Positions 37,527 through 46,925 of a DNA stretch of 64,000 nucleotides are shown piece by piece. Source of the DNA: an uncultured delta proteobacterium (GTDB lineage Bacteria > Myxococcota_A > Polyangia > Polyangiales > B10-G4); the NCBI GenBank assembly GCA_963727445.1, contig CAVSGI010000008.1, positions 416,001 to 480,000 of the forward strand, in the 5' to 3' direction. Positions within the stretch are counted from its first letter, which is position 1, and the number at the start of each line of letters is the position of its first letter. Under the pieces are notes generated by a model, which was not told where the DNA came from, did no database searches, and saw only the letters and a program-made list of their open reading frames with translations. The translations under genes were made by a program, and so were the position numbers.

Positions 37527-38638
37527 ACATGGAGCACGCGGGACGAACGGCCGCGGGGATCGCAGACGCCGAGTCCCGTATCTCGGCCGACCTCGACACG
37601 ATCACCCAGGAGGTGTGCGCGCGCTGGAGCGACCGGATGCACGCGCTGCTCCTGGTCGGCGGATACGCGCGCGGCGAAGGGGGCGCGGTCGAGAGAGGTG
37701 GCGCCTTCGGCCCCTACAACGACTACGACCTGGTCCTGATCACCCGGGACGACGCGAAGAGCGCGCGCGCGCCGCTGCTGGCCCTCGGCCACACGCTCAC
37801 CCAGCGCCTGGGCGTGGAGGTGGAGCTGTGGCCGGTGGAGCGGGCGGCTTTGTCCACCATGCACCCCACGCTCTTCTGGCTCGACGTGAAGCAGGGCGGC
37901 GTGGAGGTGCTCTCGGGCAGCCCGAAGGTCTTGGACGAGCTGCCGGAAATCACCGCGCGCGACGTGCCCCTCGCCGAGGCGGCGCGCCTCCTGGCGAATC
38001 GGGCCACGGGCCTGGCGCTCAGCAACTTCGAGCCCGTGGACCGCGACCTGCGCAAAGCGCGCCACGGTCACAAGGCCGTGCTGGCCTGTGGCGACGCGCT
38101 CCTCCTCGCGGCGGATCGCTATGCGCCGACCGTTCGCGCGCGCGCCGCAGAGCTCGAGCGCTTGCGCGCGGCGCCGGCCGTGGGCGGGTCGCTTCGGGCG
38201 CTCTACGCCGACGCCGCCCGCTTCCGTGCCCGCCCGGACGCGTGGTCACCCGGCGCGGGCCTTTCGCTCGACGCGTGGTACGCATCGGTCGTGAGCGTCG
38301 TCGCGAAAACCCACCTGGCCTTCGAGGCACGACGCGTCGGCACGCCGCAAACCCCGGCGGGCTACGCGAGCTCGCGGATCCCGCTCTTCGCGGGCGCCCC
38401 CGACATCTCCGCCCTGCCCTTCGCAGCCCTGCGCGCGGCCGCGCGCCGCCGCACGCCGCTCACGCCATGGATCGGGCACCCGCGGGAGCGCCTCGCCCGC
38501 GTGGCCGTCGCCCTCGCCTATCAACCGCGCGGCGCCGGCAGCCGCGCCATCGCCGCGCGCCTGCTCGGCCTGGGGCCCGACCCCACCGACGAGGCGCTGC
38601 ACGGCGGGCTCCGCCAGCTCACCGAGGTCGCGGGATGA
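37523..38638 (+). CDS. Pol-beta-superfamily nucleotidyltransferase-like protein
   Basis: LLLVGGYARGEG ... PYNDYDLVLI ... VEVEL (hG[GS]-x-DxD-x-E pattern) followed by a helical domain; GTGA overlap with GT2. Confidence 0.7.
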   Translation: MNMEHAGRTAAGIADAESRISADLDTITQEVCARWSDRMHALLLVGGYARGEGGAVERGGAFGPYNDYDLVLITRDDAKSARAPLLALGHTLTQRLGVEVELWPVERAALSTMHPTLFWLDVKQGGVEVLSGSPKVLDELPEITARDVPLAEAARLLANRATGLALSNFEPVDRDLRKARHGHKAVLACGDALLLAADRYAPTVRARAAELERLRAAPAVGGSLRALYADAARFRARPDAWSPGAGLSLDAWYASVVSVVAKTHLAFEARRVGTPQTPAGYASSRIPLFAGAPDISALPFAALRAAARRRTPLTPWIGHPRERLARVAVALAYQPRGAGSRAIAARLLGLGPDPTDEALHGGLRQLTEVAG

Positions 38639-38651
38639 TCGGAGCGATGCG

Positions 38652-39782
38652 ATGAAGCCCCGCGTCCTGGTCGTCTTCGTCGACGCGTTCGGTGCGGGTC
38701 AGCTCGCGCGCCTGGGCAACGCCATGCCTTCGCTGCCCCATCATCGAGAGCTGGGCGGCGTCCTCGGCTACTCCTCCGGCGCCCTCGCAACGGTCCTGAC
38801 GGGCGCGATGCCAGAGGACCACGGCCGGATGTGCCTCTTCTCCCGCGCGCCTGCTCAGGGAGAGCGGCTGCTCAGGCCGCTTCGCTTCCTCGGGCTCTTG
38901 CCGAAGATCGTGCACGAGCGCGGACGGGTGCGTCGCCTCACGGCGCGCGCCTTCGCCAAGGCCGCCGGTCTCACCGGCTACGTCGCGCTCCACCGCGTGC
39001 CGCCGGAGGAGTTCGAGTGGCTCGATCTGCCCGAGCGCGACGACCTCTTCAACGCGAGCGACATCGGAGGCGTGCCCACTTTCCTGTCACAGGCGCGAAA
39101 GGCCGGCCTCTCCGTCTACGCCTCGCCGTGGCAGCTCGAAGAGGAGGAGCGCTGGCGCACCTCGCTCGCCGTGCTCGGGCGCGAGCACCCCGATCTCACC
39201 TTCCTCTACGCCACCATCCTCGACGCGCGCCTGCACACTCACGGCAATCGCCCCGACGTCATCGAGGAGACCCTCGACGAGATCGGGAAGAACATCGAGC
39301 GCGCGCGCGACCTGATCGCGGACGACGGCTCGGAGCTCACCACCTTCGTGGTCGGCGACCACGGCATGGCCGACGTGCATCGCAACGTCGACCCGCGGCC
39401 CTTCTTGCGCACCAACTCCCTGAACGTCTTCGTGGACAGCACCATGCTTCGCCTCTGGGGAAGCGGCAGCCAGCTGGACGCGGCTCGAACCGACATCGAG
39501 AAGCGCGGCTGGCCCGGGCTGTGGCTGGACCAGGACGCGCTCGCCGACCGGCGCGCCCCCATCGCCGGAGCGCCCTACGGCGAGGCGTTCTTCCTCCTCG
39601 AGGAAGGCGCGATCTTCGTCCCCAGCTACGTCGGCGGCGCGGTGCGCGGGATGCACGGCTACGACCTGAGGACCCACTCGGCGCGCGCTGCCGTCGCGTC
39701 GGACCGCCCCATCCCGGAGGGCGTCGTCGAGATCGCCGACATCGCCGGCGCGGTGCGCGACCGACTGGGACTCGACCCATGA
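38652..39782 (+). CDS. alkaline-phosphatase superfamily protein (nucleotide pyrophosphatase/phosphodiesterase-like)
   Basis: VFVDAFG, GYSSGALATVLTG..P.DHG, LDARLHTHG, VGDHGM, GMHGY. Confidence 0.85.
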   Translation: MKPRVLVVFVDAFGAGQLARLGNAMPSLPHHRELGGVLGYSSGALATVLTGAMPEDHGRMCLFSRAPAQGERLLRPLRFLGLLPKIVHERGRVRRLTARAFAKAAGLTGYVALHRVPPEEFEWLDLPERDDLFNASDIGGVPTFLSQARKAGLSVYASPWQLEEEERWRTSLAVLGREHPDLTFLYATILDARLHTHGNRPDVIEETLDEIGKNIERARDLIADDGSELTTFVVGDHGMADVHRNVDPRPFLRTNSLNVFVDSTMLRLWGSGSQLDAARTDIEKRGWPGLWLDQDALADRRAPIAGAPYGEAFFLLEEGAIFVPSYVGGAVRGMHGYDLRTHSARAAVASDRPIPEGVVEIADIAGAVRDRLGLDP

Positions 39783-40915
39783 AGATCGCGATGGTCGTGC
39801 CCAGCCGCGGCTTCTTCGGCGGCATCGAGAGGCACGCCCACGATCTCTCGCGCGGCCTCGCCGGACGCGGTCATTCGCTCACGCTGATCCACGGCGACCT
39901 CGAAGGGAAGGACGAGGAGGCTTTTCAGAAGCCCTTCACCGAGGTCGTGCCGCGTCGCCGCGCGGCAGAGGTCGACGCCGACGTCTTCTACGTCCATCGC
40001 GCGAGCTCGGCCGAAGAGCTCGACGACTTCCGGCGCCGCCCGGTCATCGTGGTCAGCCACGACCACGACCTCACCTGCGTGCGATCCCATCGCTATCTAC
40101 CGGTCGGGCTCACACCCTGTCATCGCCCGCCGGGCTTTGCATGCGTGCGCCACGGCTGCGTCGTCGTGCGCGATCGGCGCCCGGACGCGCCACTGCCCGT
40201 TCGCCTCGAGAGCCCCTTTCGTCTGCAGCGCCGCCTCGACGGCTTGTGGAAGCGCGCCCTGCTCGTCACCTGCAGCGGCTACGTCCGCGCGCGTCTCCTC
40301 GACGCCGGCGTACCCGCACACCGGGCCCGGGTCATCCACCCCATTCCACCGGAAGACGACACACCGCTCGTGCCCCGGCCGCGAGCGCCGCGCCTGCTCG
40401 TCGCCGGCAACCTCCTGCGCGGCAAGGGCGTCGACCTCGCCATCGACGCCCTCGCCCACCTTCCGCCCGCGGTCACCCTCACGATCGTCGGTGACGGCCC
40501 CTCGCGGGAGGAGCTCGAGCGCCGCGCACGCGCCCATTCGGGCCGCGTCGACTTCGTGGGGTGGGTCTCGCCCGCCGAGATTGGCCGACAATACGACCGC
40601 GCCTCGGTGGTCGTCGTACCCTCGCGCTGGCCGGAGCCGTTCGGAATGGTGGGAATCGAAGCGATGCGTCGTCACCGGCCCGTGGTCGCCGCGGGGCACG
40701 GCGGCATCCCCGAGTGGGCGGGCGGCACCGGCGGTGCCCGCACCTTCGTTCCCGGCGACGCGCGCTCCCTCGCGGACGGCGCGCGCATCCTGCTCGCGGA
40801 CGCGGAAGCGGGACAGTACGCCGCCGAGCACGCACGCGTCCGTTTTCCACACGCGCGACTCCTCGACGAGGTGGAGTCGCTCCTCGAAGAAGTCGCCCAG
40901 GAGCCCGAGCCGTGA
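39779..40915 (+). CDS. glycosyltransferase family 4
   Basis: GGIERH, KGVDLAIDA, IVGDGP, PSRWPEPFGMVGIEAM, GGIPE. Confidence 0.92.
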   Translation: MKIAMVVPSRGFFGGIERHAHDLSRGLAGRGHSLTLIHGDLEGKDEEAFQKPFTEVVPRRRAAEVDADVFYVHRASSAEELDDFRRRPVIVVSHDHDLTCVRSHRYLPVGLTPCHRPPGFACVRHGCVVVRDRRPDAPLPVRLESPFRLQRRLDGLWKRALLVTCSGYVRARLLDAGVPAHRARVIHPIPPEDDTPLVPRPRAPRLLVAGNLLRGKGVDLAIDALAHLPPAVTLTIVGDGPSREELERRARAHSGRVDFVGWVSPAEIGRQYDRASVVVVPSRWPEPFGMVGIEAMRRHRPVVAAGHGGIPEWAGGTGGARTFVPGDARSLADGARILLADAEAGQYAAEHARVRFPHARLLDEVESLLEEVAQEPEP

Positions 40916-42196
40916 AGTACCTGGTCCTCGCGGTGGGCCTCGCCGGCATCTACCCGCTCGGGATGGCGGCGAAGCGCATCCGCTGGATCCCGATCGTCCT
41001 CACGGCGCTGATCGGCATCCTGCCCTTCCTCGGCTTCGACGCCCTGACCATCGACTTCCTCGAGCACCCGTATCGCGGCGAGTCGCGCTCCTTCGAGATC
41101 GCCGTCCTCGATTCTGGTGGCCGCCGCCCTGCTCGTCGCCACCCCCCGGCGCGCCCTCCCCTCGCCCTATCGCGCGAGCCGATACACCTATCTGTTCATC
41201 GCCGTCTTCTCGCTCACGACGGCCTCGGTCCCGATCTACACCCTGATGTCGCTCACCAACCTGGTGCGCGCGTACTTCTGCTTGATGGTGGTCGCGCGCG
41301 TCGCCGAGGATCCCGAGCTCGCCAGCGCCCTCGGCAAAGGCCTCGCCCTCGGCGTCGTCTACTCGGCGGTCATGGCGGTCAAGCAGCGCTACGTCGACGG
41401 CCTGTTCCAGGTCACCGCCGGTTTCGAGCACCCCAACTCCCTGGGGATGGCGGTGAACCTCATCGCGCCCATCGCCCTGGCCGTGATCTTCGCCGGCAAG
41501 GGGGACAAGCTCAGCTACGCCACCGTCGCCAGCGCGGGGATCTGCGTGGTGCTCGCCCTGTCGCGTGGTTCTCTGGCCATGTTCGTCTTCGGCGCGGGCC
41601 TGGTGATCGCTGGCTCGCTCTACCGGCAGGTCACCCGCCGCAAGGTCTATGTGACCATTGGTCTCGCGCTCGCGGCGGCGTTGGTGCTCGCCAAGAGCAT
41701 GGACAGCATCATCGAGAGATTCGTGACGGCGCCCGAAGCATCGGTCGAAGCACGCGACCGATTCGAGGCCGCCGCCCAGGCGATGCTCCACGACAACGCC
41801 CTGGGCATCGGACTCAATCAGTACTCCTACGTGCTGTCGCACAAGGGCTACGCCGACAAGTTTCAGATGCCGCCCATCGACCGTGACGGGCTCTGCCACC
41901 ACATCTACTGGCTCACCGCCGCCGAGCTGGGATGGTTCGGCCTCTTCGCGTATCTGTGGCTCATCGCGGCGCCGTTCTGGACGGCTCTACGAGGCGCATT
42001 TCGATTCAAAGGCGACGTCCGCGGCGACGTGTTGCTGGGCTGCGCTGCGGGCATGGCGGCGATGCACGTTCACGGGACCGCCGAGTGGATCGCACGACAG
42101 CCGTCGATGATGTACCTCTTCTGGACGGTGGCCGGGCTGACCGCGGCCATGAGCCGACGCGCCGAAGCAGCGCGCAGCGTCAGCGCGTCTGCGTGA
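40912..42196 (+). CDS. wzy: Wzy polymerase / O-antigen ligase family protein (one frameshift near 41115)
   Basis: N-terminal VKYLVLAVG...YRGESRSFEIAVLD joins ORF 41117 with FEHPNSLG, LSRGS, R.R, GIGLNQY, HHIYWLTAAELGWFG. Confidence 0.82.
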
Positions 42197-43193
42197 GGAT
42201 GATCGCGACGGCCACCGAAGTGGCGGTCGCCAGAAAAGGCGCGAGCCAGGTCATCACGCGGCCGAAGCCCGAGCCGGTGCGCTCGTGAAGGATGATGACG
42301 TCGCCGGGCGCGAGCACCGGATCATCCGCCTCGCCGTTCTCGATGTCGTCCAGGCTCAGCGCGTAGACCTCGGGTGACGCCGGACCGCCCCGCACCAGGC
42401 GCAGGCGATCGGTCGAGGCGCGCTCCGCCGGCCCGTGGGCGAGAGCGATGGCCTCCGTCGCGCGCATGCCGCGGTAATGCCGGAACGATCCCGACTGAGC
42501 CGCCGCACCCACCACCGTCACGTTGGGCATGTCGTAGGGGGGCACGCGGATGAGGTCGCCGGGACGCGCGCGGATGTTGTGGCGAGGATTGCCTTCGAGC
42601 GCCCGCGCGACGCTGATCGGAAGCTGCTCACCCTCGCGATAGACCCGCGCGTTCTCGAGGTCGGCGAGATCGATGTAGTGACCGTCCTGGCTCACCTCGA
42701 TGCGCGGCCCGCCAGCGGCCGCCACCAGGTCGGCGATGTGCGCGCCGGGCTCCACCGTGACCTCGCCCGGCGTCGTCACCGCCCCGAGCACGGTCGCCCG
42801 ATGCCCCGACGCTTCGGAGACGTGGACGCTCACCCGAGCGAAGCAATCGAAGTGCTGCGTCGCCTCCTCGACGCGTGCCTCGGCCTCGCGGAGCTCCTGC
42901 CCGCCGACCTCGACGTCGCCGATCAGCGGCAGATGGATGTGTCCGGCGCCGTCCACGACCACGTCTTCGAGAACGGTCGTCTCGCTGGAGACCGTGGTGA
43001 TCGTGAGCACGTCCCCGGGATAGAGGAGGAGCGGGCTCGGACCTTCGTCCTCCATGCCCGCCATGTCCTCGGTGTGTGCACGCCCGAGCGCCTGTGGAGA
43101 GGGCGTGGTCGGCGCGGTCGGAAAGGAGCTGCCGCACCCCACCCAGAGCAGCATGAGCAGCGACAGAATGCCCGAGCTCATAGGTCGTCGCAT
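42180..43193 (-). CDS. wza: polysaccharide export OPX lipoprotein (Poly_export + SLBB domains + C-terminal helix)
   Basis: LWVGC lipobox; PGDVLTI...VDGAGHIHLPLIGDVEVGG, VLGAVTTPG, PGDLIRVP, LAPGDVI; hydrophobic C-terminal helix. Confidence 0.88.
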   Translation of the reverse strand: MRRPMSSGILSLLMLLWVGCGSSFPTAPTTPSPQALGRAHTEDMAGMEDEGPSPLLLYPGDVLTITTVSSETTVLEDVVVDGAGHIHLPLIGDVEVGGQELREAEARVEEATQHFDCFARVSVHVSEASGHRATVLGAVTTPGEVTVEPGAHIADLVAAAGGPRIEVSQDGHYIDLADLENARVYREGEQLPISVARALEGNPRHNIRARPGDLIRVPPYDMPNVTVVGAAAQSGSFRHYRGMRATEAIALAHGPAERASTDRLRLVRGGPASPEVYALSLDDIENGEADDPVLAPGDVIILHERTGSGFGRVMTWLAPFLATATSVAVAIILTQTR

Positions 43194-43265
43194 GGGGGCG
43201 GACGGTACCACAAAACGCGTGCCCAGAAATGCGCAGGCCACTATAGTCGGACGCCGGATCGCCCC

Positions 43266-45290
43266 GTGTTCGATCTCGACGACGACATTCAGGAGGGAGG
43301 TCGGCCCGACGCCTCCCGCCCCGACACCCCGCGGTACGGGCGCCCGGTGGAGATCGGAAGGCTGGTGCGCGCGCTCCTGCGCCAGCGCTGGGTGATCGTC
43401 GCGGGCGCCATCATCGGCGTGGCCCTGGGGGTGGTCATCGCCAAGACCCTCGTACCACGCGTGTACTCCACGGAGACGGTGCTGGTCTGGGAGACCACCG
43501 AGGATCAGGCCCAGCCCGACGTCCGCGAGCTCCGCACCTTCGTCGACTCGGTGAAGCTCCCGACCAACCTGGCGACCGTCCGCGAGCGTCTGGCCATCCC
43601 GCAGACCCTGGACCGCCTCGCGGCGCGCCTCGACGTGCGCTTCGACCGCGACAGCGACCTGGTCGTCGTGAGAGCCGAAGCCGAGGATCCCGAGGAGGCC
43701 GTCGCCCTCTGCGAGACCACCATCGAGGTCTTCCTCGAGCACCAACAGGACATCGCCCGCGAGCGCCTCGACGAGGACGTCAGCTCCCTCGAGACCGACG
43801 TCGCACGCGCCCGCGAGCGCCTCGATCGTGCGCAGGAGCGCTACGACGACTTCCGCTCGGAGCACGGCGTCTCGGATCTCTCTCTCGAACGCCAGCAAGC
43901 GATCGAGCTCGCCGCGAGCCTGAGGGCCCAGGCGGACATCGCCCGCGCCGACAGCGAAGCGGCGGAGGCGCGCTCGGAGCAGGCGCCACGCAATCCCACG
44001 ACGACGGAGTCCGCGCAGCTGAGGCAGGCGCGTCAGCGGCTCGAGACCGCGCGCGCGCGCCTCTCCGAGGATCACCCGCGCGTTCAGGCCCTCGCCGCCG
44101 AGGTCGAGGCGATGCAGGAAACCGAGGCGAGCACGCCGCAGGCGCAGCAAAACGGGGCGCAGGCCCACGCGCAGCGCACTCGCGCAGCGGCGCACCGCAG
44201 GCACGAGGCCTATCAGCGGATGGAGGAGGAAGCGCGCACCCGGCTGGAGGAGCTGTCCTCTGTCGAGGGTGAAGCGAGCGCGCTCCTGGCTTCCGTCCGG
44301 GTGGCCGAGGGCCACGTGGCGGACCTCGAGTCCGACCTGGCCATCGCGCAGGACCGCGCGCGTGATGCCTCCCCCGGCTTTCGGGTGGTGGCCGCACCGC
44401 TGATGCCGGAGGAGCCCGAGCGCAGCTACCGCAAGCCCGCGGCCGTCGCGATCCCGATCGGCGCGGTGGTGCTGGTGGTGCTCTTCGTCCTCGGGTTCGA
44501 GCTGCGCGGGCTGCGGGTGAAGACGGCCAACGAGCTGGCCTACTGGGGACGGGCGCCCGTCGTGGCGAGCACCACCTGGCCTGGAAAGAAGCGGGAGCTC
44601 TCGGCCATCGTGGAGGAGCTGGCGGAGAAGGCCGCCCGCGCGGGCGGTCAGACCCTGGTCATCGCTGCATCGGAGCTCGACCAGAGCGTGGCCGACGACA
44701 TCGCGGAGCACCTCAAGGTGACGGTGTCTGTGACCGTTGGTGAGATGCCGAACGCCACTTACTACGATCCGGATGGCCCGGACCTCGTCACGGCGCCCCC
44801 CGAAGAGAGGCCGGTCGGCCTGCTGCCTGCGGGCGAAGGCCGGAGCGACATCGTCATCGACGAATCCGGCAGGATGGTGGAGTCGGCGGGCAGCCAGCCC
44901 CCGGCTGCACCCCGTCGCAACGTGCCGACCCTGGCGAAGCGCGAGCAGAAGACCATCGCCCGCCGGCGGGGTCGCCGCCTCGAGCGGGTGCAGGTCTCCA
45001 AGGACCAGATCTACCTGGACCCGGAAACGGCACCCGCCGAGATCGTCAGCGCCGAATCCGGGTCGGGCGACGCCTTCGTGCGACGCGGGGCGCGGGCCGC
45101 CGATCGGGTGCTGGTCGTGGTGCGGTCAGGAGCCCTCAGCGTCACCAAGGCCAGCGAGCTCCGCGCGTTGGTCGGCCGCCAGGACGATGGGGTGGGCTTC
45201 CTCCTCGTCGGCGTGCCCGACTGGCTGGCGGTTCTGGCGGACCAGGCTGGTCCAGTGGACCGCTTCTGGCGGTCCACCAGCGACGCCTAA
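43266..45290 (+). CDS. wzc: polysaccharide co-polymerase (Wzc/GumC-like) with a degenerate tyrosine-kinase domain
   Basis: LLRQRWVIV TM1, coiled coils with LSEDHPRVQAL, TM2 AVAIPIGAVVLVVLFVLGFE; remnant ADRVLVVVRSG...GFLL; no Walker A. Confidence 0.8.
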   Translation: MFDLDDDIQEGGRPDASRPDTPRYGRPVEIGRLVRALLRQRWVIVAGAIIGVALGVVIAKTLVPRVYSTETVLVWETTEDQAQPDVRELRTFVDSVKLPTNLATVRERLAIPQTLDRLAARLDVRFDRDSDLVVVRAEAEDPEEAVALCETTIEVFLEHQQDIARERLDEDVSSLETDVARARERLDRAQERYDDFRSEHGVSDLSLERQQAIELAASLRAQADIARADSEAAEARSEQAPRNPTTTESAQLRQARQRLETARARLSEDHPRVQALAAEVEAMQETEASTPQAQQNGAQAHAQRTRAAAHRRHEAYQRMEEEARTRLEELSSVEGEASALLASVRVAEGHVADLESDLAIAQDRARDASPGFRVVAAPLMPEEPERSYRKPAAVAIPIGAVVLVVLFVLGFELRGLRVKTANELAYWGRAPVVASTTWPGKKRELSAIVEELAEKAARAGGQTLVIAASELDQSVADDIAEHLKVTVSVTVGEMPNATYYDPDGPDLVTAPPEERPVGLLPAGEGRSDIVIDESGRMVESAGSQPPAAPRRNVPTLAKREQKTIARRRGRRLERVQVSKDQIYLDPETAPAEIVSAESGSGDAFVRRGARAADRVLVVVRSGALSVTKASELRALVGRQDDGVGFLLVGVPDWLAVLADQAGPVDRFWRSTSDA

Positions 45291-45412
45291 TTTTCGCTGG
45301 GAGCGCATTGTTGTCACCAGAGCGGCCACTCCGGTAGCCACCGGAGCGCGCGCTGCGGGTCAATTTTCCAGCAAAACCGGACTTCTCTCTCAGAATCCCG
45401 CCGCTATCGGAG

Positions 45413-45428
45413 CGGCACGGACATTGCC
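45413..45428 (+). promoter_or_regulatory. sigma54 -24/-12 promoter of wcaJ
   Basis: CGGCACGGACATTGCC matches YGGCACG-N4-TTGC; GGGAGG RBS and the GTG start follow about 40 bp downstream. Confidence 0.7.
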
Positions 45429-45467
45429 TTACATCGGGGCAGTCAGGGTTTCAGGGAGGTCAGAGAA

Positions 45468-46925
45468 GTGAACACCGAAGGACTGGTCAGGCCCCATTGG
45501 CGTCAGCTGATGATGTTGGTTCGATTCCTCGATGTCTTGCTCATCGGGGTGGTCCTCTACATCGCCACCCGCGTCACTGGTGAGCCGTGGACGATGACCC
45601 ATACCGCTGGTGCCTTCCTGGCGATGGGCCTCTACTCGTCCATCTCCGAGGCCAACCACGTCTACGGCCCCTGGCGCGCCGCCAAGGTCTCCCGTGAGCT
45701 GCTGCAAATCTGGGGGGCCTACCTCCTGACGCTGCCCGGCCTCTTCATGGCCGGCTACTTCGCCAAGGCGAACCACGAGATCGGCAACACGACCGCCGCC
45801 CTGTGGCTGGGCACGACCCCGCTCTTGCTGATGGCGACCCGCACCTTCCTCCGCTACTTCCTGCAGGAGGTCCGGACCCGCGGCGGCAACACGCGCTCCG
45901 TGGCCATCGCCGGCGCCACCCCCGCCGGTCTCAAGCTCCGCCGCACCATCGCGGACAGCCCCTGGATGGGCTTCCGTTGCTACGGCTTCTACGACGACCG
46001 CATCGACGGTGGCGAGACCGTCACCATCGACCAGGTCAACAGCCTCCCGTCGAACGACGGGCGCCTGGTGGACATCCCGGAGGAGCTGGGCAGGTTCCGG
46101 GGCGACTTCGACAAGCTCATCGCCGACGCGCGCGAAGGCAAGATCGACACCGTCTACATCACGCTGCCGCTCCGCGCCGAGGAGCGCATCCGCCACATCA
46201 TCCAGAACCTCGCGGACACCACCGCCACGGTCCACGTCATCGCCGACGTCCTGCTCTCCGACCTGATGCAGTCGCGCATGTCGAGCGTCGGCGAGATGCC
46301 GGTCATCGACGTCTTCGACCACCCCTTCCACGGCGTGAACGGCACGCTGAAGCGGATCGAAGACGTCGTGGTAGGCGCGCTCATTCTGCTGCTCATCTCG
46401 GTCCCGATGGCGGTCATCGCGGCCGCGATCAAGCTGACCTCGAAGGGCCCCGTGCTCTTCCGGCAGCGCCGCTACGGCCTGAACGGTGAAGAGATCATGG
46501 TGCTGAAGTTCCGCACGATGACCGTCGCCGAGGATGGGGCCAAGGTCACCCAGGCGACCAAGCACGACAGCCGCATCACCAAGCTGGGCGCGTTCCTCAG
46601 GCGCACCTCCCTCGACGAGCTGCCCCAGTTCATCAACGTCCTCACCGGCGAGATGTCGATCGTAGGCCCCCGCCCCCACGCGGTCGCTCACAACGAGCAG
46701 TACCGGCGTCTCATCTCGGGCTACATGCTCCGCCACAAGGTCAAGCCCGGCATCACCGGGTGGGCCCAGGTCAACGGCTGGCGCGGCGAGACCGACACCC
46801 TCGAGAAGATGGAGAAGCGGATCGAGCACGACCTGGCGTACATCCGCAACTGGGCGCTGGTCTTCGATCTCCGGATCATCTTCCTCACCGTCTTCGGCAA
46901 GGCCGTTCGCAAGAACGCCTACTGA
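45468..46925 (+). CDS. wcaJ: undecaprenyl-phosphate glucose phosphotransferase (EpsZ/WcaJ-like)
   Basis: Four N-terminal TMs, GFYDDR, KRIED, GPVLFRQRRYG, KFRTM, RRTSLDELPQFINVL.GEMSIVGPRPHA, VKPGITGWAQVNG.RGET. Confidence 0.95.
   Translation: MNTEGLVRPHWRQLMMLVRFLDVLLIGVVLYIATRVTGEPWTMTHTAGAFLAMGLYSSISEANHVYGPWRAAKVSRELLQIWGAYLLTLPGLFMAGYFAKANHEIGNTTAALWLGTTPLLLMATRTFLRYFLQEVRTRGGNTRSVAIAGATPAGLKLRRTIADSPWMGFRCYGFYDDRIDGGETVTIDQVNSLPSNDGRLVDIPEELGRFRGDFDKLIADAREGKIDTVYITLPLRAEERIRHIIQNLADTTATVHVIADVLLSDLMQSRMSSVGEMPVIDVFDHPFHGVNGTLKRIEDVVVGALILLLISVPMAVIAAAIKLTSKGPVLFRQRRYGLNGEEIMVLKFRTMTVAEDGAKVTQATKHDSRITKLGAFLRRTSLDELPQFINVLTGEMSIVGPRPHAVAHNEQYRRLISGYMLRHKVKPGITGWAQVNGWRGETDTLEKMEKRIEHDLAYIRNWALVFDLRIIFLTVFGKAVRKNAY

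Noticed and set aside
37523..38638. NTase as CBASS CD-NTase or MNT-HEPN toxin-antitoxin
   Set aside because: No Cap effector, Cap2/3 or RxxxxH HEPN partner adjacent; the context is a glycosyltransferase operon.
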